52,936 bases of DNA. Origin: a virus. Location: the IMG/VR virus record IMGVR_UViG_3300045988_058324; one strand, written 5' to 3'. The notes under the pieces are model-generated. The model made no database searches. It was not told where the DNA came from and saw nothing but the letters and a program-made list of their open reading frames with translations. Below, one piece after another: positions 34,478 through 42,137 of this stretch (position 1 is its first letter; the number at the start of each line of letters is the position of its first letter). Both the position numbers and the translations under genes were made by a program.

Positions 34478-36721
34478 ATGATAAGTAGCACGGAACTGAA
34501 CCGAATAGCATATAAGATGGCTCAAGCATTCGAGGAAATAAATGAGGAGTACATTGAGTTGATGGCTAAACACGTCAAGGATATGGGAAGATTATCTGCT
34601 ACGGATATGCATAGATTGGAACAGATGAATAAGATGGATACTAATATAGCCCATATCAATAAGAAGCTGAGACAGCAGTGTAATTTAACAGTGTTACAGC
34701 TTGATAAGCTATACAGAGAAAGTGGCTTATCGTTATATGATGATATGGATGTGTTCTATTCAGCTAAAGGCGTTGAGCAAGTTCCATTTGAGCAAAATAG
34801 ACGTATACAAGAATATATTCAGTCAGTAGATTCACTCACATATGGAACCTTCGAGAATTTATCCCGAACAACAGCAATGTCCGAAAATTATAGGAAAGTT
34901 GTTGATAGAGGTATATATGCAGTTTCCTCAGGAATGGAGAATTATAAGACAGCTATAAGAAAAGCACTGGTCAAAGCAGCAACAGACGGAATGCGTGTGA
35001 AATATGCAAGTGGATATACAAGAAGACTTGACAGTGCTGCTAGGATGAATATATTAAGTGGAGTTAGACAAGTGAATCTTGGAATAAGACAAATCACAGG
35101 AGAACAGTTCGGGGCAGATGGATATGAGATTTCTGCCCACGGACTCTGTGCAGAAGACCACCAACCAATTCAAGGAAAACAATTTAGCAAGAAAGAATTT
35201 AATAAATTGCAGGCTTCTTTAGCCAGACCTATAGGAACATTAAATTGCCAACATACTGCATATCCTATTATACTAGGAGTAAGCCAACCTGCTTATAGTG
35301 ATTCGGAATTGAAGGATATGTTAGATTATTCTAACGAAAAAATAACACTTCCTAATGGTAAGATAGTAAGCAGGTATGAAGCTTCACAGGTGATGCGGAA
35401 TATAGAAACGAATATTAGATATGCTAAGGATTCCTTTATTGCAGGAAAAGCCAGTGGTGATGATGTATTAATGCAGAAAGCCAAAGCGAAGATAAAAAGA
35501 AATCAAGAACAATATAAAAAAGTGTGTGAAGCTTCAGGATTAAAACCTCGTACTGAACGAATGAGTGTATCAGGTTATAGAAATATGAGTATCAAGATAC
35601 CTAAGACTGTTAAGGCACCAGTGAGCAGTAATAGAGTACCAACCATCAAGAATACCTTAACAATGAAAGATATTAAATCAATGAATAGGGATACACTACA
35701 AGCCACAGCAAAGAATATATTCTTGAAGGAGAATGTTACGTTAGGTGAGGAAGAGGCTACTAGAAGATTCAATGCCTTAATTAATTCTAACAGTGACAAC
35801 CAATTACAGAATTATATTCATAAACATCAGGACAACTTGGGTGTAGCTGAAACAATCAAAGAAGCTAAGGAACATCCTGAAACATTAAAGAACTTTAAAG
35901 CATTTAGCACAGAACGAAAAGATAAATGGATGGACGATATAGCTAGTAGACACATTGTGGATATAGATAAAGTTAATTCCAATATTAAGAATGTAAATAA
36001 ACATTTTGGAGATTTTTTAGCTAGTGATGACGCTCAGTTTTGTATGAGAATTGATACAGAAGAAGTTCTACCTAAAATCATTGAGAGTGGTAAATTCAAG
36101 ACACAGTTCGAAACCAACACATCAGGAGGAGCATTAAGCACATCATTGAGGGAGCTGACCAGCAAGAATCTTTTCGGCTGGAAGGATAGACCTACTGATG
36201 CAGGCTTTGAAAAGTATGGCTATTTAAGGGCAGGTTCCTTCAAGGATGAAGCTTTATTAGGTGATGTTGGTGTAAGTCAATATGGAGATGCTAGTATAAC
36301 ATTTAAGAAAAAAAATCTTATGGACAGAACAACTTTAACATTTGGTGATAGTTTGGATGCTGGTGGTGCTGTTGGACAAATCACACCAACTAAAGTGAAT
36401 GATTTTGATGTTAGGCATTCAGCTAGGAAAATGAGTGATTGGGCTACTGTTGATAAGGATTGGCAAAAACTTGATGATAATGTAGCGAATTTCACAAAAA
36501 TGACTAATGTACAGAAAAATGATTTCCTTATGGGAGATGGAATAAGTAACGGTAAAATATCAATGCGTTACACTGAATTACAGTTTCACGGAGACCTTAC
36601 CGTGGATGATATAGATACAATATCCATAGAACAGGATATGTGGGATTACTTGCCTGATTCTTCCAGGAAAAATATACAAAATTTTGTTAAATTAAAGAAT
36701 ATTAAGCTAGAAATCATATAG
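34478..36721 (+). CDS. MuF/SPP1 gp7-like head morphogenesis protein fused to a ~250-aa uncharacterised C-terminal domain
   Basis: The N-terminal ~300 aa have the MuF-like pattern (…GYEISAHGLCAEDHQPIQGKQFS…) directly after the portal. 747 aa in total, far longer than a bare MuF domain. Confidence 0.7.
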   Translation: MISSTELNRIAYKMAQAFEEINEEYIELMAKHVKDMGRLSATDMHRLEQMNKMDTNIAHINKKLRQQCNLTVLQLDKLYRESGLSLYDDMDVFYSAKGVEQVPFEQNRRIQEYIQSVDSLTYGTFENLSRTTAMSENYRKVVDRGIYAVSSGMENYKTAIRKALVKAATDGMRVKYASGYTRRLDSAARMNILSGVRQVNLGIRQITGEQFGADGYEISAHGLCAEDHQPIQGKQFSKKEFNKLQASLARPIGTLNCQHTAYPIILGVSQPAYSDSELKDMLDYSNEKITLPNGKIVSRYEASQVMRNIETNIRYAKDSFIAGKASGDDVLMQKAKAKIKRNQEQYKKVCEASGLKPRTERMSVSGYRNMSIKIPKTVKAPVSSNRVPTIKNTLTMKDIKSMNRDTLQATAKNIFLKENVTLGEEEATRRFNALINSNSDNQLQNYIHKHQDNLGVAETIKEAKEHPETLKNFKAFSTERKDKWMDDIASRHIVDIDKVNSNIKNVNKHFGDFLASDDAQFCMRIDTEEVLPKIIESGKFKTQFETNTSGGALSTSLRELTSKNLFGWKDRPTDAGFEKYGYLRAGSFKDEALLGDVGVSQYGDASITFKKKNLMDRTTLTFGDSLDAGGAVGQITPTKVNDFDVRHSARKMSDWATVDKDWQKLDDNVANFTKMTNVQKNDFLMGDGISNGKISMRYTELQFHGDLTVDDIDTISIEQDMWDYLPDSSRKNIQNFVKLKNIKLEII

Positions 36722-36731
36722 TGCAAAATAA

Positions 36732-36759
36732 AAGAGCCTTTGGTTAGTCAAAGGCTCTT
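36732..36759. terminator. Hairpin terminator shared by convergent genes (U-tract on the minus-strand side)
   Basis: AAGAGCCTTTG-GTTAGT-CAAAGGCTCTT (11-bp perfect stem). On the minus strand it is followed by TTTTATTTTG. Confidence 0.75.
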
Positions 36760-36950
36760 ATTAAGTGTTCAATTCGTTTTTCCTGGCTTTCAGTAACATT
36801 TGGCTCTTTCCAATAACCAGACTTCATCCAACTCTCGGATTTAGGTATATTAGATATAATTCTAGTCTTAGGACGTATTTGGACATTGTATAGTTTATCT
36901 TTTTCTGCAACAATGAAATTTGAATTTCCCATTTGAGCTATAATCTTCAT
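36744..36950 (-). CDS. Moron: only convincing minus-strand gene (68 aa, unknown function)
   Basis: Has its own AGGAGG RBS (complement of 36960-36966), its own extended -10 promoter and its own terminator. Inserted between head morphogenesis and scaffold genes. Confidence 0.7.
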   Translation of the reverse strand: MKIIAQMGNSNFIVAEKDKLYNVQIRPKTRIISNIPKSESWMKSGYWKEPNVTESQEKRIEHLIRAFD

Positions 36951-36980
36951 TTTTTACTTCCTCCTTTATATTTTATTTTT

Positions 36981-37009
36981 ATTGTAACACATATAGTTAA
37001 AAAAAACAA
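36981..37009 (-). promoter_or_regulatory. Minus-strand promoter for the moron
   Basis: On the minus strand: TTGTTT (37009-37004), 17 bp, TGT-TACAAT (36989-36981). Confidence 0.5.
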
Positions 37010-37028
37010 CATATATACTAAATTATTT

Positions 37029-37235
37029 TGTTAATAACTTAAATTTATTTTGTTAATAATGTTAATAACTTTGTTAATAAGTATTTTTATGTTAATAACT
37101 TGCATAAAATGTTAATAACTTTTGTTAATGGTGTTAGTAATGTTAATAGGTTTATTCTTACTTATTAACATTACTAACATTTTTATTAGCTTATTAACAT
37201 TTTACTATTTACAAATGTTAATAATTTGTTATAAT
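37029..37235. repeat. Dense array of TGTTAATAA-type motifs (about 14 copies, both orientations)
   Basis: Direct copies start at 37029, 37051, 37060, 37072, 37090, 37110, 37123, 37132 (TGTTAGTAA), 37141, 37216 and 37227 (variant). Inverted copies lie at 37161-37170, 37171-37179 and 37191-37199. Confidence 0.9.
37208..37235 (+). promoter_or_regulatory. Promoter of the capsid-tail-lysis operon, overlapped by array motifs
   Basis: TTTACA (37208-37213), 16 bp ending TGT, TATAAT (37230-37235). The spacer contains TGTTAATAAT. Confidence 0.55.
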
Positions 37236-37299
37236 AGTAACGTAAATAAAATCCAGAGCGAAGAAAATTCGCTATATAAGATATTTTAGGAGGCATACA

Positions 37300-37929
37300 A
37301 TGAAAAATATTTACAGCATTTTGGAACAGTTTGGTTTATCAATTCCAGAAGATAAAAAGGAAGAATTTGATAAATTAGTTTTAGAGAATTATAAGACTAT
37401 TGCCGATTATAACCGCTTGGAGAATAAGGTATCTAACGTTGAAGAAGAACGTGATACCTATAAAACAAAATATGACAAGGATATTAAGCAGAGGGACACA
37501 GATTTAGCTGATTTAAAAAAGAAACTAAAGGATGCAGACCCTGAGAAGTTGGAAACACTTACTACAGAGCTTGATAATCTCAAGGTTAAGTATGGCAATG
37601 ATAAAAAAGACTGGGAAGACCAGTTAAAGAAACAGAAGTATGAGTTTGCAATTAAAGAAAAAGCCAATGGCTTGAAATTCACAAGTAACACAGCAAAGAA
37701 AGGATTCCTTGCTGATGTGATGGCAGCAGAATTAAAGATGGAAGGTGATGACCTTTTAGGTTTTGATGATTATGTGGCTAAATATAAGGAAGAAGATGCT
37801 GGTGCGTTCGTTAAGGACCCAGACCCAGATACAAAACCTAAGCCACAGTTTTCAGGCAAGCAGGGAAATGCAGGTACAGAACCTGAACCTAAGCCTGAAG
37901 AACATAAACCAAGACCATTAATTTGGTAA
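37300..37929 (+). CDS. Scaffolding protein (GP20-like)
   Basis: Highly charged coiled coil. The N-terminus ILEQFGLSIPEDKKEEFDKLV is typical of Firmicutes phage scaffold proteins. Lies immediately upstream of the capsid gene. Confidence 0.7.
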   Translation: MKNIYSILEQFGLSIPEDKKEEFDKLVLENYKTIADYNRLENKVSNVEEERDTYKTKYDKDIKQRDTDLADLKKKLKDADPEKLETLTTELDNLKVKYGNDKKDWEDQLKKQKYEFAIKEKANGLKFTSNTAKKGFLADVMAAELKMEGDDLLGFDDYVAKYKEEDAGAFVKDPDPDTKPKPQFSGKQGNAGTEPEPKPEEHKPRPLIW

Positions 37930-37975
37930 CTTTTCAATTCAAACTACTATATCAAGAAAGAGAAGGAGAAAGAAA

Positions 37976-38860
37976 ATGGCAGAAACAACAAGAATCACAT
38001 CCTTGGATGTATTATTAGACCCAACAGGTAAGATGCTCTTATCAGAAGCTTATGATGGCGTTCTTGAGAATGTGCAGAAGACTACAATTTCTAGTAAGCT
38101 GAAGAACACAGATTTATCTGGTGACCCAACAGCAGGTACAGTTGAAGCAAAGCGATTTGTAAACGCTACATCTAAAGCCTATGGTACAGCTAGAGGTGCA
38201 AGTGCAGGAGATAAAGTAAAAGGTAAACCAGTTACAATCCCTATTGATACAGATAGAGAATTTGTAGAAGAAATTGAACAGAAAGATGTATCCCTTTTAG
38301 GTGTGGATGGGCTTATTGCTAAGCGTTCAGCTAATCACGCCCTAAGAATGGCTGCAGAGTTAGATTCAAAATTTTTTGAAGTAGCTGCTACAGAAGGAAC
38401 TAAATTCACCCCTACAAAGACAGACATCCAAGATATTGTAGAAGAAGCTATCGTTACTCTTGAAACACTTAAGAATGACTATATTGATGGTGTAGATAGA
38501 AGTTTAATGTCAATTACATTTGACCCTGCTACATACTCACAGATGAGAAGCTTCTTAGACACAAAAGTGAATAACTCAAATGTGGACACATCACAGGAAG
38601 AATTCTTCACATATCACGGAGTAAGATGTTATAGCTCAGTTAGATTACCTATTTCAGTAGCTGGTAAGACAACGACTACAACAAAATTTATTCTTCAGGT
38701 AGATGGTTCAATAGCACAGCCTATTAGAAGTACACCATATGCAGCAGAAAGAATTCCAATGTCAGAAGCAATGGCAGTAGAATTGTTCTTCTACTATGGA
38801 ACTAAAGCCGTAACACCTGAGACAATTCTTGTATATAACACAGAAGTTACAACATCATAA
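37976..38860 (+). CDS. Major capsid protein
   Basis: 294 aa, follows the scaffold, strong GGAGAAAG RBS. Composition and synteny match an SPP1-like head module. Confidence 0.7.
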   Translation: MAETTRITSLDVLLDPTGKMLLSEAYDGVLENVQKTTISSKLKNTDLSGDPTAGTVEAKRFVNATSKAYGTARGASAGDKVKGKPVTIPIDTDREFVEEIEQKDVSLLGVDGLIAKRSANHALRMAAELDSKFFEVAATEGTKFTPTKTDIQDIVEEAIVTLETLKNDYIDGVDRSLMSITFDPATYSQMRSFLDTKVNNSNVDTSQEEFFTYHGVRCYSSVRLPISVAGKTTTTTKFILQVDGSIAQPIRSTPYAAERIPMSEAMAVELFFYYGTKAVTPETILVYNTEVTTS

Positions 38861-38886
38861 TAAAGTGATGTAGACGGAGGTGTTAT

Positions 38887-39033
38887 ATGAAAATTAAACT
38901 TATAAGTGGTGTTATAGTTGAGACAGATAATCCAGATATTGTAGAACAATATCTTAAATATGGAGGAAAAGAAGTCAAGTCAAATAAGGGTGCTTCTAAA
39001 GGTTCTAAGTCCTCCGAGAATAAGGAAGCCTAA
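38887..39033 (+). CDS. Small lysine/serine-rich protein (48 aa), missed by the ORF track
   Basis: ATG after GACGGAGGTG. MKIKLISGVIVETDNPDIVEQYLKYGGKEVKSNKGASKGSKSSENKEA. Confidence 0.45.
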   Translation: MKIKLISGVIVETDNPDIVEQYLKYGGKEVKSNKGASKGSKSSENKEA

Positions 39034-39053
39034 TTATTTGAAGGGAGGTTATT

Positions 39054-39434
39054 ATGGAACATTTATCATATGAAGAATATGTAAGTCTTGGTGGTAAGGT
39101 TGATATTGATAGCTTCCCTACTTTATTATTAGACTGTGAAATTTACCTTGATAAGATTACAATGAGTAAGATTAATAGTACACCTTTCACCTCGAGTATT
39201 AAGCGTTTAATCGTAAAGTGTATAGAAGTCTTGCAGCAGAATAATGAAGCAAATGCTTCTATATCAAGTTATTCTGATGGTATTGAGAGCATAAGTTATA
39301 ACACAGCTGAAATAGGTGAAAAACCTACAGAAGCAAAGATGTATAGTTTATGCAAATTATATCTTCCACCTGGATTGATGTACAGAGGAAAGCGAGGATG
39401 GAAAGATGCAGGGTCCAATAACTATTTTAAATAA
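39054..39434 (+). CDS. Head-tail connector/adaptor protein
   Basis: Position after the capsid gene. Size and the N-terminal LSYEEYVSLGG...F pattern are typical of adaptor proteins. Confidence 0.5.
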   Translation: MEHLSYEEYVSLGGKVDIDSFPTLLLDCEIYLDKITMSKINSTPFTSSIKRLIVKCIEVLQQNNEANASISSYSDGIESISYNTAEIGEKPTEAKMYSLCKLYLPPGLMYRGKRGWKDAGSNNYFK

Positions 39435-39816
39435 ATTAAAACACCAGGATTCGGCTACAGGACTTGATGTGTGGTATAAGACCATACTCAAGGATATCAA
39501 GTACACCAATACAAAGGTAGCCAATGTAGTTGGAACTGATGTTAGTATGGGTCAATCTTTTACAATTTTAATTCCTTTTACTGGTAAGTATTTACCTTAT
39601 TCAGAATGGAAAAATAGTACACAGAAAGATACTCGATACACAATCAATCAAGGCGATTATATTTTTCTTGGAAAAGAATTAGAAGAGGAAGTTACTCCTA
39701 ATAATATAATGAAGCTAAAGACTAAATATGAACCTAATGTATGTGAAGTTCGTTCAATAGAAGAAGTTTCTCAGAAGTACGGAGTTAAGATTCAACTCAA
39801 GATTGCAGGAGTATAG
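39406..39816 (+). CDS. Head-closure / head-tail joining protein
   Basis: ORF track. Call is by synteny in the connector module. Confidence 0.45.
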   Translation: MQGPITILNKLKHQDSATGLDVWYKTILKDIKYTNTKVANVVGTDVSMGQSFTILIPFTGKYLPYSEWKNSTQKDTRYTINQGDYIFLGKELEEEVTPNNIMKLKTKYEPNVCEVRSIEEVSQKYGVKIQLKIAGV

Positions 39817-39820
39817 CAAT

Positions 39821-40159
39821 ATGGGAGTTAGATTTGAATTTAATAAGATTCCTAGAAAATTAGATAAGATATGTAAGAGTGATAAGGTTGGGTTATATAC
39901 CGCCCAACAAGCTGAAAGACTAATGGCTCCATATGTACCAATGGATACAGGTATGTTAGTTGATAATACTACAGTAGAACCTTTCAAGGTAACATATAAC
40001 TCTACTTATGCTCATCACATATATGAAGGAACCAATTTAAACTTTAACAAAGAAAAGCACCCATTAGCTACAGCAAAATGGGACAGGGCTATGAGTATAG
40101 CAAAGTCTGGTCAACTTGCTACTGAGGTGACTAATTTTATTAAAAAGAATGGATATTAA
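39821..40159 (+). CDS. HK97 gp10-like tail-completion/neck protein
   Basis: ATG 39821 after GCAGGAG (the track start is a TTG at 39803). ...APYVPMDTGMLVDNT is typical of the gp10 family. Confidence 0.55.
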   Translation: MGVRFEFNKIPRKLDKICKSDKVGLYTAQQAERLMAPYVPMDTGMLVDNTTVEPFKVTYNSTYAHHIYEGTNLNFNKEKHPLATAKWDRAMSIAKSGQLATEVTNFIKKNGY

Positions 40160-40161
40160 AT

Positions 40162-40596
40162 ATGGTTAATAGATATGAGAAGATTTCCGAGTGGTTAAAA
40201 GAATATACACCGAGATTCAGGTGGATATACTTTAATGTTACTAACACTGAAGCTGACAATCTTTCACTCAACAGTGTACAAAATGAAAGAGAGTTAGATA
40301 AGTTCATTGACGGCAGTCGACGAGTGGAATTCTTATTTGCATTAGATTTAGTTAAAGAATATGATACAGGAACAAGCTCAATTAATCTTGAAGCCAATCG
40401 TGAATTTGAAACGATTAGCGAATGGGTTGAGCTAATGAATAAAGAGAAACATTTTCCAGATTTTGGAGAAAATGTACTTATAGAACAAATAGATGTTCTT
40501 GAAACTGTTCCGAGCGTAACAGTTGATACTCAGGCAGGTATGGCTAAATATCAAGGGCAGTTCAAGATTACTTATATGGAAATGAAAGGAGAATAA
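40162..40596 (+). CDS. Tail terminator / neck protein
   Basis: ORF track. Call is by synteny, immediately upstream of the major tail gene. Confidence 0.45.
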   Translation: MVNRYEKISEWLKEYTPRFRWIYFNVTNTEADNLSLNSVQNERELDKFIDGSRRVEFLFALDLVKEYDTGTSSINLEANREFETISEWVELMNKEKHFPDFGENVLIEQIDVLETVPSVTVDTQAGMAKYQGQFKITYMEMKGE

Positions 40597-40597
40597 G

Positions 40598-41113
40598 ATG
40601 GCAGACGCAATGAAGAAGCTAACCAAGGACCAGTTCATTCCATTCCTTGATACTGCCGAAGATAAGACATACAAGGCAAGCGAATGGGCTAGAATTGATT
40701 TATCTACAATATTTGAGTTAGCTATTAATCCACAGTCAGAATCAATGGATTATATATGTTATAAGAATGCAGTAGAAGAAGTTATGAGTAACCAGCCAGA
40801 GTTACCTCAGGAAATTGCTTTATATGAAGGAAATCCTTTATATGATTATATGGCAGAAAAGCTGTTTAACTTGCCAACAGGTGATGAATGTAAAGTTCCG
40901 TTCCTTCTTTGCTTTGGTGGAACAACGGCTAGAGCTTGGAGAGGCATTTGTACCTTATTACTTGATAACTTATCCACAACAGATGGTAAATTATCATTTT
41001 CAATGAAAATGGGTGGAGATATTGAGTTAGGTACTTATACTATTACAGCAGGAAAACCTGTATTCACACCAGCAGCAGAAGCAGCATCAACCAAGAAGTT
41101 ATCTATGAATTAA
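40598..41113 (+). CDS. Major tail protein
   Basis: 171 aa, positioned before the chaperone genes and the tape measure. No sheath gene is present. Confidence 0.6.
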   Translation: MADAMKKLTKDQFIPFLDTAEDKTYKASEWARIDLSTIFELAINPQSESMDYICYKNAVEEVMSNQPELPQEIALYEGNPLYDYMAEKLFNLPTGDECKVPFLLCFGGTTARAWRGICTLLLDNLSTTDGKLSFSMKMGGDIELGTYTITAGKPVFTPAAEAASTKKLSMN

Positions 41114-41135
41114 TACAATATAAGGAGGACAGTGT

Positions 41136-41540
41136 ATGTATTCAATAGTATTTAATGGAACAGAAGTAAATCTCCCTAATTATAGCTTTAAAACAGCTAG
41201 CAAAATTGAAGAGATTGAAGTAAGCAACAACAATGCAGGAAAGAAATTCAAAGATAAATGTAACCTGATGTATAAGTTCGAATCTGAGCTTATTGGGAAA
41301 CAGCAGTTATCTGAATTAATTGGAGACTTTAATGACTGTGACCCTAATGACATCAATCTTTTATATTTGAAAATTGTTGCAAGTTATCAGCAACCAATAG
41401 TTGATTACAATAGTGAGGCTACTGAATCAAAGATGAATGATGCGAATTTATCAAAGTTGTTGGAAGTGCTAAATGCTGTATCTAGTATATCTGATAGTGG
41501 TATATTAGATGGTGACAGCAAGTTTAAAGTTATAAAATAA
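41136..41540 (+). CDS. Tail assembly chaperone
   Basis: Lies between the major tail and tape measure genes. Acidic, 134 aa. Confidence 0.5.
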   Translation: MYSIVFNGTEVNLPNYSFKTASKIEEIEVSNNNAGKKFKDKCNLMYKFESELIGKQQLSELIGDFNDCDPNDINLLYLKIVASYQQPIVDYNSEATESKMNDANLSKLLEVLNAVSSISDSGILDGDSKFKVIK

Positions 41541-42112
41541 TGATAGACCTTAGGAATAAATCCTTACCAGATACCATTACGGTTAATGGTAAGGATTTTT
41601 TAATAAAAACAGATTTTCGCTTATGGTTGAAATTCAGTACAATGATAGAAGAAGAACGACCATTATCTGATTATTTGTTTTTATTGGAAGATGTGGAAGG
41701 AAATATTCCATTGACGAATTTCTTTCCACAGTTAGTGCAATTCTATACAAATCCTAATTCTACTCCGAAGAATATTAATGGCACTTCCACGGATAGAATT
41801 GTGGACTATGTAGAAGATGGAGAATATATCGTAGCATCCTTTATGCAGGACTATGGAATAGACTTAACTACTTGTGATATGCATTGGCACAAGTTCAAGG
41901 CACTATTTGCAGGGTTAAGCGATAATACTAAAATAAAGCAGATAATGTCTATGAGGTCTTATAGGAAAAATAAAAAATCGTATGATGCACAATGTGAAGA
42001 AAATAAAAAGGCTTGGGCTTTACCACATCATACACGTCAGGTATCAACTGACACTATGAACGAAATAAACGAGTTATTCTATAACAGTGTGTATCAAGGA
42101 ACAAAAACATAA
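41540..42112 (+). CDS. Phage Gp15-family protein (second tail assembly protein)
   Basis: KTDFRLWLKFSTMIEE and the following pattern resemble the Gp15 family found before the tape measure in Firmicutes siphoviruses. TAATG junction. Confidence 0.5.
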   Translation: MIDLRNKSLPDTITVNGKDFLIKTDFRLWLKFSTMIEEERPLSDYLFLLEDVEGNIPLTNFFPQLVQFYTNPNSTPKNINGTSTDRIVDYVEDGEYIVASFMQDYGIDLTTCDMHWHKFKALFAGLSDNTKIKQIMSMRSYRKNKKSYDAQCEENKKAWALPHHTRQVSTDTMNEINELFYNSVYQGTKT

Positions 42113-42137
42113 ATAGAAAGAAAGGAGGAACTATAAT

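Noticed and set aside
37029-37235. Possibility that the TGTTAATAA array is a CRISPR array
   Set aside because: The repeat units are only 8-10 bp. Spacings are 9-22 bp, leaving no spacer-sized unique segments. Copies occur in both orientations and there are no cas genes.
41136-42112. Programmed -1 frameshift between the two tail assembly genes
   Set aside because: The two ORFs meet at a simple TAATG stop/start overlap. The second has its own ATG, and I saw no extended overlap or slippery heptamer.
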